This document shows, piece by piece, positions 38,260 to 51,179 of a DNA stretch of 64,000 nt. The notes beneath the pieces are model-generated. The model did not search any database. It was not told the origin of the DNA and saw only the letters and a list, made by a program, of their open reading frames with translations. The translations under genes and the position numbers were made by a program. Source of the DNA: Geosiphon pyriformis uo1 (lineage: Eukaryota; Fungi; Glomeromycota); assembly GCA_016748015.1 (NCBI GenBank), contig JAAOMT010000226.1, positions 1-64,000 on the forward strand. Reading direction: 5' to 3'. Each line of letters begins with the position of its first letter. The first letter of the stretch is position 1.

Positions 38260-41200
38260 GTGCTTTTAAATTCTTGTATTTCTGGTAAATTAGTGCCCAG
38301 TTTTTGGAAAAAGGCTTGGGTCTCAATGATTCCTAAACTGTATGAGTGGAAAGGTGTTTTAACAAACACTTGGCCTATTGTTTTGATTAAAACAGCTTGT
38401 AAAATCTTATCCAAAATTCTTTCTGATAAGATTTCATTGGCTTGCAGTATTTTTGACATTCTTTATGAGAATAATTTTTTGGTTTTAAAAGATACAACAA
38501 TCCAGTTTCCTATTTTTGCAATTGATTCAGTGGTTGAAGATGTTTTAAAGAAAAACCAAGAGCTCTGGCTGGTTTTGTAGGACATGCGGAAAGCTTATGA
38601 TTCTGTTGGCTAAGAACATTTCAGAAAAAGCTTGGTCAAAATTAAAATGTGTGGTAAATTCATTTAATTTTTCAATAATATCCACAGAGATTACATTAAT
38701 TAAGTCATGACTGATTTTGGGCTGACCAATAATTATCATGTGCATGATAGTTTGGACCAAGAAAAAATTTTTTCTCCTCTTTTGTGGAGAATATTTTATG
38801 ACCTTCTGTTGTGTGAAGTCAAGCATCAAGAGAATGTGTGTGAGTATAGATTAAATTCTCATTTTATTTCCAAAAATGGTCATGCTAAATCTAGGGCTGA
38901 ACTTTCTTCTTTTTTTGCTATTGGGCCCTTTGTTGATAATATGATTTAGGTTGGTAACAATTAGAGTACTACTTAACATATTCTTAATGTTGCTAGTGAA
39001 TTTTTTCAGATTAATAATATTTCTATTAATAATAACAAAACAGTAACCATTCTTATTAATTGTAGAGTTAACTAACTTTTTTTGTCTATTAGCAGTTCAC
39101 CCATCTTTATTGTGAGAAAAAGAAAATCTTATTGATATCTAGGCATTTTTTTGTCATTTGAGGATTTTTTAAAGCCTAGCTTGGCTAAGTCACATTCAGA
39201 CATTTATTTTTTTACCAATCTGATTTTATGAAAGGCTGTTTTAAATAAGCAGTTCTTGTATTTAGTGTTAGCTGTTTTCTATCCTATCATTGGCTATAGA
39301 ATGCAGTTTAGTTTAGTTTTATTTCTATTAATGTGTACAACAAATGAGATGCTTCGATTCATAAAGATTTGAAATTTAAGTCTGGTTTACCTCTCAATTT
39401 TCCTGGCAATACAATCTACCACCCCTTTTTTTATGGTTTGAAATTTTTTGTGCAAATTCAGTCTGAGAGTAAAGTGGCTTCTCTTGTCAGTTTTGTAAAC
39501 TCTGGTGAGATTTTAAGTCATTTGTTTTCTCACAGGTCTCATGACTTGCAGGTTTTGTGTTGGCACCCTGTTCATCTTTTGAGTTTTTTTGTTTGTATTT
39601 ATATCAGTTTTTTTAATAACTTTTTGGCAGGCATGATTTATATCCTTCTTGAGTGCAAATTATTTCTGAGTGGCTTTTTAGCCAATTTTTTTTTGGTTTT
39701 GTAATGAGATGCCCATGTTTGCTGTTCTTGGTGAATTAAAATTTTCCAACTTTCTTTCATCACTTCAAAAGTATGGCATTGCCTTTGTGAATCAGCTTTG
39801 TGATCATTATAATGCTATCTTTGATTAGTACACCTTCAAGTAATGGAAAAAATTGGACTCCTGTGGTCCTATTCCTGAGTGGTTTAAACTTTTTGCTGCA
39901 TTTCTTAATAATGCAACTCTTTTTTTTCCTCTTTCCACTGCTTTGGATGGTATTGGTCTTTCAAACATTTTTGGTTCTTGTGATTTTGTATCAGTTTATA
40001 AACATCTTTTTCAGGTTGTTTCTAGCAGTTTGTCTGTTTACACAGATAGGTCTTTAAAGAGTCTGGGCATAATTAGCAAAAGGGCTGGTGCTGCAGTTTT
40101 TTTTGAGAATGTTAATGTGGGTTTAGATATTGGTGTATTAGGTTTGATGTTATCTACTTTAGTGAAAATGCAAGCTATTGTGTTGGCTCTGGAGTGTATT
40201 CCTATGTTTAGTTCTGTTAACTTCTTTTCTGATAATTAATCTGCTCTGAATGTTTGTAAGTTGGAAATAGATCTGGTAAGTCCTGATTTTTGTAATCAGT
40301 GTTAGATTGAGCACCAGCATGTTGTAAATATTATTCATAGTAAGAATTTGAAGGTTAGTTGGCACAAGATAAAAGGTCACTTTGGTGTTTTGGAGAATAA
40401 GCATGTTGATGCAATCACTGATGCTGTTTTTTTTTTGACTGGTACTTTCTTTCTTATTTGAATGAGCTTTTTATAGTGGCTAATGGTAATATTGTTTTTG
40501 ATAACTCTAAACACTTTGTTTATGATATTTATTGTTCTATTTGTTAGGCATATTGGAAGATTGGGTCTGGTTTTAAGTTTCTGGCAAACTGTTTGCTTTC
40601 AGATATTGATTAGCTCAGCTCATTGTTAGTGTAACATTCTGATTCACACATGGCCAGCAGTTTTACCAGCAGGTCTTCAATTAATGCACATACTTATTTC
40701 ATAAAGGCTTTATATCATTGGCTGTCTGTTGCTATTTGGAAGTGCTTTTATAACAGACATTACCCTAATGTGTTGTGTTTATATTGTGGTGATATGGAAG
40801 TGTTAGATCATGTTTTCTCTTGTAAGATTGATGTTTCTGCTTGTCATTACATATTAGATTCCCATATGGTTTCTTGGAAAGCACTTTTTGGTTTTTTTTA
40901 CTCTTTTTCAAGTGTGTTACAACTGTTGTTGTCCTGTGTTTCAGATTCCTCTGTGTTTACAGTTCTTTATAAGAACTTTGTTTTTAATGATTGGCTTTAC
41001 AAAGCTGTTTCCATTTTCTATAATCCCAAAGTTGCTGGTTTGAAAGTTGTTGAGTTTGTGCATTCTTTTAGTCTTGCTTTTAGAAATAATATCTGGTTGG
41101 TTTATGTTAAACATCAGGCTTATATAGAGAATAATAGTATGATTCCTTTGGATGATTTGGCTTTAGTATTGGTTTTTGGTTTGGCTTTGGGAGTTTTTGC

Positions 41201-41453
41201 TGGTGTGATCAAACTGCTTGGTATTGATAAAACTTTTGGCATGTGTTTTGGTTTTCACAAATCTTGCTTATTTTTTTCTGGCATTGGTAGCTCAGTTTTA
41301 ATTCATATAGCTGTATAGTGTTGTTCTGATTGGCCTGAGTGGTTGGTCACATGTAAAAAGTGCATAATTTACACCTATTTTAAATTATTTCTTTGATGTA
41401 TAGTTATAGACAGTGTTTGGATCTTACTTGTAAAATGATAAAAAAAAAAAAAA

Positions 41454-41540
41454 GCTTATTTGTCTATTAACTGTTTACTAAAAACTATATTAAAATTTTT
41501 CAAAAATTATATAATCTTAAAATATAACTTAATATTCAGA
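41454..41540 (-). mobile_element. Ghost LINE copy 5, piece 2
   Basis: LNIKLYFKII*FLKNFNIVFSKQLIDK corresponds to LGSTSYFSFVHSLK*FSVVFGDRLLNK of LINE copy 3, just upstream of RNase H. Confidence 0.7.
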
Positions 41541-42148
41541 CAGAATCCTTAGCCTAAAAACGCAATCATCAAATAAAAATAATTATTTTATATCTCAAAT
41601 TCACTCTCCACTATCAACATGAAATGTTGATAGTAATTGATACTTAACCATACTGGAACAATAGCTCTTGATCATGGCTATTGATGAGATACTAATCTGC
41701 AAATCACCTTGGCTTATTTCTTTTGCTTTCTTTATTTTTCTTTATATTCTTTTTCTTTATTTTATTTTATTTTGATTTGTTGTTGTGTACTAATTGATAA
41801 AAGATTAAGCACTGAGTTATTGACGTCAAGGATAGCCTGGTAAAAGATCCAGAAATAAGGGTAGGATTTATATATTATTGGATAGCTTACCAGAAGGGCA
41901 CAACTGCCAGACTAAATCCAGCCACCATGCTGAGAAAAAAATTGGGAAAACCTTTTGGAAAATACATATACTATTGACACTATTGAATCTCTGTCCATTA
42001 TACAAAGGACTCAACCAAAACCTTCAGATTCATCAAAACCTTCAGATATGACACCTTCAGAACGTTATCAACACCAATTATAGCTTTTGAGCACCAAGTT
42101 ATGGGTTTGTTATTTAATTCAATAGCAGAAATAATCATCTGTAACATT

Positions 42149-42165
42149 TGGTGCTCCCTGTGAGG
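42149..42165 (+). promoter_or_regulatory. Primer-binding site, complementary to an elongator tRNA-Met-type 3' end
   Basis: TGGTGCTCCCTGTGAGG two nt after the LTR; Gypsy A has the decayed copy TGATGCTCCCTGTAAGG. Confidence 0.75.
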
Positions 42166-42208
42166 TATAATTCTACAGAGAACCAGCACCGACAACACCA
42201 AACCAAAA

Positions 42209-45200
42209 GTGGCAGAATCAGAAAATATAGGAGCAAACCATTTAGAATTCGCAAAATCCTTATTTCAACACTATTGTCAATACTTGGGATTAAACCACAA
42301 TCATATATCCACCGAATCAGCCTTTAATTTCTACATCAACCAAAAGATTTCTTCTTTATTAGGAACACCAGTGAATACTGAATCAGCAAGGGAAACTTTC
42401 TATAGGGAATTAATTCAAAATACCAACCTGCCAACAAATCATAATTTCACATCCATCATCACTGAGATCAACAAAAAAATTAAACACCACACTCAACAAA
42501 AATATCCAATTACATACGCTAGTAAAGGCAAGGAAAAATTACAAACACCAGTAATAACACCCCAAAAAATACAGCCACCTGCTTGGAAGAAAAACAGAGT
42601 TGAATTCCCAAGCAACTCATCATACCACTATACACTTGAAAGCACCATTAACATATCATCAACCAATGCGTTTTCATCAACTGTAACATCAGCATTTGGA
42701 CGATTCTCATTCCAAAGTAGACAAAAAAAAACAGAATTGTTAGGACCATACGGCAAATACTTTGAGGGATTTAATTCACAATCATCAACCCCATCAGGAC
42801 TTTGATCACCACCGTCTCTACCAGATTTCAAAATCTCGGATCTGTGAAAAGCAGCAGAATCAGAAAAAGAGGAAGAAGAATCAGAGGATCAAGAATTTAC
42901 TTACCAATACCCAATCACTAAAAACCTGGAAGTTGAAACCCCGAACATCCAAACTCAGCAACAGCTAGAAAATCCGGAAATCAAAACTCCGAATATTCGA
43001 ATGCCACCAAATCAAAGAAATCAAAACCCCGAATTAATTAATCAGCAAAACTTATCTCCAGTAATTGTCATCAATCAACCACCAATTAACCCCATAGCCG
43101 AACCCATACAGCAGCCATTTTAGCTACTACCCCAACAGCCAGGACAACAACAACTGCTTTAACAGCCACCACAACCACCTAACTTAGACCCAATGGCCTA
43201 CGCACCAATCACAAAACTTGACAACTTTACGGGTGAAGAGGATGACACTCAAATATGGCTGAATGATGTAGAAAAGGCCATCACAGCCAATGGATGGAAT
43301 AATGCCCAAGCCATGCAAGCCATTCTCTACTTTCTTAAGAATACTGCCAATTTATGGTACCAGAGCTTGATTAATAAACCACAAGATTTTAATGCCTTTA
43401 AAGCAAAATTCCTAAGATACTTCAGCAACAATAACAGCATTAATCGCCTAGTCAATGCATTCACCATCATGAAACAAGGAGAAACTAAAGCAGTCACCAC
43501 TTATCTGGGATGCTTCTATCAAAACCTACGCCAAATTCAAGCAATTGACGCCAACTATTTTACAGCACCACAGATACTCAATCAGTTTATCTGTGGCCTG
43601 TGCAGCAGCATTTTGCAACATGTACGTCCGTTGCATCCAGGCACCCTTCAAGATGCAGTCACATGCACCAGAGATTTTGAATCCGCTGAGTCAGAGGCTA
43701 ACCACGCCCAAGCCGTTAATCTAGTAATGAACGGATCATCTGAATTGGATTCCAAATTAGAGAAGTTCAGTGAATCAATCAATAAGAGATTGGAAAGATA
43801 CTTAGCTGACAATCACGCCATTTATCAGTCTCCACAATGATGCAATAATCAAGAAAACTCTAATCATGCCCAAAATCAACCACGTCCATCTTCATCAACC
43901 AATTAACAGTGGCAACAGGAAATGGGTATTCGCCACTATTGTGGTAAACTAGAACATATCCAAATTGACTGTCACCAGCGTTTAAATAACCAACAATCGG
44001 GAAATCAATATTGAAACTCCGATCGCTGGTTCCAAACTCCAAATCAGTACCCAAATCAAAACCCACCCGCTTACCTACTAGTGACACAGTCATCAGTCTA
44101 TCAGTCGCCAGTATATCAATCTCCAATTTATCAGCTGCAGCCACAAGTAATATATTAACCGCAGCCACAAATAATCTATCAACTCCAACAGATCCAAACA
44201 CTGCCCCAAAGCTTACCACTCAACGGAACCCAAAGACCGAAAATGACTCAACAGAGCTGGAAATCGGCAATAGTAGTCTATCAACCGATTCCCAGTTCTT
44301 TACAGCAACCATCTGGATTGCGCCAGCAGAATTTGGGTACTGGTCAACCCCAGAACCCAAACTTCCAGAACTATTTAAGTCTTCTGGTCACCCCAGAAGA
44401 CGCTTCAACCAACAACCCAGTATTTACTCAAAAACAACCACTCACCAGTAATATCCCACCTGCTACCATCACTGAAGACGAGTCATTGTCTGCTATCTTT
44501 CCATTCAAATTTAAGAAAACAGCTGCAATGCCATTATTTAGTGAAGCTGCTCTTAAAGCCAAACCAATCACCATAATGTACACTGACGCCAAAGTCGAAA
44601 AACAATCCATCAAATTGATTCTGGACAGTGGTTCCGCAGGCAGCATAATTACAAAACAACTCATAGATCAATTAAGTCGCCGAGTTGATCGAGCTGCCAG
44701 TGCCAGAATCATCACAGCCAATGAAACAACCAAAACTCCAATCGGCAAAATCGATGACTTTTCTTTTGAAGTAAATGGCATCATGACTCCCATTAAAGTT
44801 CTAGTAATAGAAGCCACTCAATACCAAGCTCTTGTAGATAATAACTGGCTATCCAAAGTCAATGCAATGTTAGACTGGAACACCCAGGAACTTTAGCTAA
44901 CATATCAGGGCCAATACATACATGTCCCGGCCATGTGTGGCCACTTCAAAACTCTTCCAAGAAAGAAACTATTAATCGAGCTGGAGGAGAAGAAAGAAAA
45001 GCCTACCTGGGAAGCCTACCAAGTATTGTGGGCTGATGAAGAGCACAACAAGCTGCCGCCAATACTTTTCTGGAACAACAACAACCAGGAAAAAAGGAAA
45101 CAAAAGGAAAAACTTACTTGGGAAACTGATAACCTAACATGAACCAACAATGACAAAAGCGAACCGACTTCAAGCTGGGAATAAAAAGAAGACAAAAAAA

Positions 45201-48200
45201 ATAAAGGGAAAGGAAAAGAAAAAGAGACCACCCAAACCACCACCGCTTATAACACCCACACTATACTACAACAACCTACCTATTGTCAACCTAAGCTTAT
45301 ATGTGTCGATTGTGGTAAGAAATTGTCATTAATGGGTGCATGCTGTGGCAACAATGAGGAATACCACACCGCAACAAAATTCTACTGTCGTCCATGCTTA
45401 TTCGAATGCTTTGGATGACCAAAGAGACAAGGAAAATGGGATAACCAATTTTGTTTTGCTTGTGGAGAAACCCTGCTAGATGAAAAAATGTGGAACGACA
45501 TCCCAGAATGTGGAGGAACGTGTGACGTGTTGTATCAATACATAATTCTAATAAGTGACTGGGTAAGGAAAGAAACCCCAATAAAAGCAGCCTGGAGAAG
45601 AGCTGTACAGTAACTGGACAGTTGTCCACATGACGACGACAAAATTTGGCGAATGGCACTTGCAAAAATCAAAGGGGTGATGCCAGAAGAAATAAAAATG
45701 ATCAAAGACAACCCCCCAGAACCTTTAGAGCTTGACTGGGATGCAGAGCCCATCATAAACCTCCTGGATCTGGAACAATTCCATGAACATTATCAGAAAT
45801 TAGCACCCACAAGAGAAAAACAAGAACAATAATTAGAGCAGTTGAATGCTTGACTATGTTAACACTGCCTAATTCCCTGTGACTTCCAGTATTGTGATGA
45901 GTGTGACCTCATTTACAATCTACCACCACACATGATTTACTCAATCCCTGAAGAAGAAGAACCAATCAGCAGCTGTGCATCGGAATCAGAATCGCTGATC
46001 AATTGTGATCCAGACTCTGATGACGATAACAAAAACACCAGTTCCAGCTCTGTTCAAAATGGCAATGACAACAAAAGCGATTCCAACTCAGATCCAAACT
46101 CTGATTTAAACTATGAACAATACATTGCACTACCAGATCTTTCCAAGAAACAAGAGTTGAAATGGTATAGTGACAATGGGAAAGGTATTATGCCAGAACA
46201 TGTGCATGATACAGATACAGGATTTGATCTGAGATATCCAAGAAAAAATGCCATCAAATTGGAACCACATTCATGCACCTGCATTGATCTGAAAATAGCA
46301 CTAGAGATTCCGGCAACAACAATGGTTCAATTAGCATCTAGGAGTAGTTTAGCGAAAAGAGGAATCAATATAAGGGGCTACAAAATGACTCAGAAAAGGC
46401 CTATATAATAGAGCTCAATGAAAAGATAGCACAGGCAATATTCTTGCCTCTGATTAGAATAGCTCAGTTAGTATCAGTGGGAAAGAGGGAGGAATTAGGA
46501 ATAACAGCGAGAAAAATACAAAGATTTGGATCAACGGATAGAATAGATGTACCAGTTAATATGACAAAGGAAGAAATTATTGGTCAAGGAGAAATTATCT
46601 CAACCAGTCAAGCTATTTCTATTCCACCATATAGCCAGTACATATTAGCAATAGAAAGAAAAGAAAAGGAGCAAGAACAGATTTTTGAAGTGGAAGCAAA
46701 CCTTTGTGAATCAGGAAAGATTGGATTAATCAATCTTTACATACCAGCCAAAAGCTATAGCAGCATAAAAATTCCCATCTACAACAACACTGGCAATGTC
46801 ATCAACATACCAGAAAGAACCACCATTGGATATTTAACCACAGAAATAGAAGACCAACCACCAAATTCCATTCCAGACTTTCCACAACTTTGTAGATATG
46901 TTGACATCACATCACAAACAATCTATGGACGAGATGAATGTTATTTGCTCCAACCAGAACAATTGGAACAAATAAACATGAGAAACTTGGATCCACTCTA
47001 ATGTATGCAGTTCAAGATGTTACTCAACAATTTCAATAACATCTTTGCCAGCGAAAATGAGTTTGGCCAAACTGACATTATCCAGCATCAGATCAAGACT
47101 GGAGATGCAATACCAATCAAACAAAGAGCATACAGAGTGCCACCAGCCAGCCATGAGATTATTTGTCAAGAGATAAACAGAATGCTTGACAATGGGCTAA
47201 TTCAATCATCAATGAGTCTATGGTCATTACCAGTGGTACTCATCTGTAAGAAGAATGGAAAAATCCAGTTTTGTGTAGACTATAGGAAACTCAATGGTGT
47301 AACTCGTGGAGACAGTTATTCAACTCCACAGATACAAGAATTATTCGATGCTTTTGGTGAAAACAAATGGTTCTCCACATTAGATTTGGACAGTGGTTAC
47401 TGGCAAGTAGCCATGAATTCAGTTGACAAAGAGAAGACAGCATTTACTACTAGAGAAGAGAATTTCGAATTTAAAGTGATGCCATTCGGCTTAACCAATG
47501 TCCCAGCAACTTTCCAATGGCTAATGGAAATCATTTATACTGGCTTATTGTGGAAATCAGTAGTTGTATACTTGGACAACACCAATGTATTCTCAAAAAC
47601 ATTTGATGATCATCTTCATCATCTTCAATAAGTGTTCGAAAGACTAAGAAGAACAGGACTAAAGTTAAATGCGACAAAGTGCTTCTTTGGCAAAACAGAA
47701 CTCAAATTCTTGAGATACATATTCAGCAAAGATGGCATCAAAACAGATCCAGAGAAAATAGAGATAGTAAAGAACTTTCCAGTACTGACCAATATAACAG
47801 AACTGAAATCATTCTTGGGATTTGCCAATTACTATTGTCGTTTTATCAAGAACTTTTCCAAGATAGCACAGCCACTCAATCAACTGCAAAACAAAAATGT
47901 GAAATATGAATGGACAGAAAGTCAACAAAAAGCTTTTGATATTCTGAGGAAAAAGCTCATCCAAGCTCCAGTACTGATCTATTCAGATTACAGCAAACCA
48001 TTCATCATTACCACCGATGCATCTAGCCAAGCATTGGGAGCAGTATTATCTCAGAGAGGATCAGATGGCAGAGAACATTCAGTAGCATATGCCAGCAGAG
48101 ATTTAACACCAGCCGAAAAGAACTATGGAACACCGGAACAAGAACACTTAGCAATATACTGAGCCATCATGAAATAGAAAAAATACTTGAGCCAGAAGTT

Positions 48201-48372
48201 TGAAGTATACACAGATCACAAGGGATTAACATCACTCCAAAAACAAGAATTTGGAAAAGAAAGACAGTCAAGATGGAAAATGGCACTCGCACCATACAAT
48301 TATACTATACATTACAAAAAGGGAAAAGACAACAGAAATGCTGATGGTTTATCATGAATAAGACAAATCTAA
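42209..48372 (+). pseudogene. Gypsy B Gag-PR-Cys-rich-dUTPase-RT-RNase H polyprotein (one frame once a 43-nt dUTPase deletion is restored)
   Basis: ORFs at 42209, 43193, 44243, 44933 and 45932 share a frame; 46444, 47005 and 47632 share the frame restored by +43 nt. Motifs: knuckle RHYCGKLEHIQIDC, LILDSGS, GFDL, FCVDYRKLN, YLDN (47569-47580), TDAS. Confidence 0.92.
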
Positions 48373-48436
48373 AAACATTTCAACCCAAAAATATAATAAA
48401 ACCAGAACAATACCAACGGAAAAAATACAACAAAAA

Positions 48437-50501
48437 ATGAACATACAAAAATATCAACAATTGCAACATTATCTAAACACTCAACAATTCAAGAAGAATT
48501 TATCTCATATGGAACAAAAGAGTATCAAACAACAATCAAAATATTTATCACTCACCAAAATATATTTTATCAGAAAAATAGAAGAGATCCAGATCAACCA
48601 ACCAGAGTAATTACGGAGCCAGAAAAAGAGACAATATTATTCAACATGCACTCAAATCCAACAACAGGACATTTTCACAAAGAAGCAACCATGGAAAAAA
48701 CTAGAAAAAGATACTATTGGCCATCAATATACCCAGACATTATTCAATATGTTCAAAATTATGATGCTTGTCAGTGAAGAGGAGGAACAAGACCCAGTGA
48801 ACCATTAAGATCAATTAAAGTGGGACAACCATTTGACCATATGGGAATTGATTTAGTTGGACTATTAACAATCATCAGCAGAGGAAACAGATACATAGCA
48901 GTAGCTATAGACTATCTTACTAAATGGTCAGAGGCAAAAGCAATTCAAAGAGTGGATGCAGAATCCATTGCCAAATTCGTTCATCAGGATTTGATTTGTT
49001 GACATGGATGTCCAAAAGAATTATTATCAGACCAAAAAACTCATTTTGTGAACAGAACATTAACAAAATTGAGCCAAAAATTCGGAATCAAGAGACCATT
49101 ATTATTACCATACCATCCACAAACCAATGGATTAGTAGAAAGGTTCAACAGAACATTGTGTGAAGCATTAGCCAAGCTCAGCCAAGAAAACCAGAACAAT
49201 TGGGATTTGTTCATACCACAGTACTATTTGCTTATTGGACAACGAAACAAGATACTACACAAGCAACACCATTTGAATTAGTATATGGGAGAATAGCAAT
49301 GTTATCAGTAGAGAGAGAAATTAGTACATATCCAGCTAAACCAATAACAGAGGAAAATTTTCAAGAAACATTGCTGAGAAGAACATATGACTTAATGGAA
49401 ACATTGGAAAACAAATGAAGAAGAACAGCTGATAATATCCAAAAGTCACAAGAAACACAAAAAGAAAGACACAATAGTCAACTACCAAACAAACCAGTTG
49501 AATTCAAGATCGGAGACAAAGTATTACTACATCATATCAAAGCAGAAAAACAATGGAGTGGAAAATTTGACCCCAAATGAGATGGACCATTTCACATAGA
49601 AGAAATTCTAGGAAATGGAGCTTACAAATTAAGATTGGATAACAAAATTTTAACCAAAGCAGTACATGGAGATCAACTGAAACCATATCACAACATTACA
49701 CTACCATCTACCAGTAATATTCCACAATTAGGAGTACAGAAAATACTAGTCCAACCAGATGAGATTCCACGAGATCTGGAACCAATTATTATTATCGATA
49801 ACAACATGTTAAATTAATCCATCAAAAGAATATATAAAGACATGATAGATGCGACAGAAAATATCAGAAAAATGGAAATTACAGACAACATTTATGTACT
49901 AGCACAACAACTTTTTCAATTAATCTAACACCAGGAAATGGAGATTACAATCAATCAACAAACCATTCGATATCAAGATACTAGAAAGACATTTCAACTC
50001 AGAACACAGAAGAAAACTGAAAATACTGTAAACAAAATCATGGCAAAAGTAAAATTAGCAGTAAAAGAATTGACAAAAGAGTCACTATATCAAGAATTGA
50101 CTAAAGAAACTTGGAATTGGTGGACACAACAATTTCCACGAAACTATTGTTATTTTTACTTGGGACAACATGTAAATACCCAGAATCTATATATGGATAA
50201 AACAAAGCAATTATTTGACAAAAGAATACTACAACAATTATAACATTTTGTGAGAAAGAACAACTTATCTACACAAGCCTGAGCCATATACCAAATACAC
50301 ACAGCATTTCAGGATAAACCAGAAATATTGCTCAACAGAGCAATGGATATGGTTACCAGTAATCAATTAGGAAAAATTACCAATGCTCAATTTGAAAAAT
50401 TACAGACCCAAATAACACAAGTAATTCTCAAAAACAAAATCCAAGAAATACTTCAAGAGAGGGAATTACATGAGTTAGATTTTGACAGAGCTCAATATTA
50501 A
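48437..50501 (+). pseudogene. Gypsy B integrase ORF with long C-terminal extension
   Basis: ATG MNIQKYQQLQHY, H..GH..C, GIDLVG, YHPQTNGLVERFNRTL, DGPFHI, then a helical extension ending DFDRAQY*. Confidence 0.88.
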
Positions 50502-50586
50502 AAGGAAGGAATAATGTTACTCATAGAAATATAAGAAAGATATTAGCATAATTATTAGCCAATCAGAAGTAAGTATAGTAAATGTG

Positions 50587-50720
50587 GAATTCCAGGATTC
50601 CTCTCAGAAATTGCAGAATTCCAGGAATTTCAGAATTCCCCGACAAGGAATTGCAGGATTCCAGAATTCCAGGATTCCTCTTAAAGGAATCGCAGGATTC
50701 CAGAAATTCCAGGATTCTTG
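50587..50720 (+). repeat. Short tandem array (CAGGATTC/CAGAATTC, ~9-bp period) in Gypsy B LTR U3
   Basis: Directly visible repeats; gives rise to the spurious ORF 50582..50821. Confidence 0.85.
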
Positions 50721-51179
50721 TCATGAAGAATCGAGAAATTAAGGAATCTCAATTATGTATATATAGCAGTAGTATTAGAAACAGAAAAAACAGAATCGAT
50801 ATCACAGAATTCTTAGTCTAGAAATGCAATCATCAAATAAAAATAATTATTTCATATCTCAAATTCACTCTCCACTATCAACATTTCATGTTGATAGTAA
50901 TTGATACTTAACCATGTTGGAACAATAGCTCTTGATCATGGCTATTGACGGGATACTAATCTGCAAATCACCTTGGCTTATTTTTTTGTTTTCTTTATTT
51001 TTCTTTATTTTCTTTTTCTTTATTTTATTTTGATTTGTTGTTGTGTACTAATTGATAAAAGATTAAGCACTGAGTTATTGACGTCAAGAATAGCCTGGTA
51101 AAAGACCCAGAAATAAGGGTAGGATTTATATATTATCAGATAGCTTACTAGAAAGGCACGACTGCCAAACTAAATCCGG

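Larger units (their letters stand above)
22271..41453 (+). mobile_element. LINE copy 2: full-length, degenerate, interrupted by Gypsy A and a solo LTR
   Basis: 5' motif cttttttctctcttac. ORF1 ~22422-24226; ORF2 ~24223-41318 in three segments (to 25141, 36557-37280, 38260-41318). FVDN at 38929-38940, RNase H VYTDRS, CLYCGDMEVLDHVFSC, poly(A) 41440-41453. Confidence 0.95.

Noticed and set aside
49842-50501. env-like third ORF or chromodomain
   Set aside because: No signal peptide or TM segment, no chromodomain motif, and it is in frame with integrase.
50582-50821. 79-aa repetitive ORF, or a CRISPR-like array
   Set aside because: Lies in LTR U3; short tandem units without unique spacers; eukaryotic context with no cas genes.
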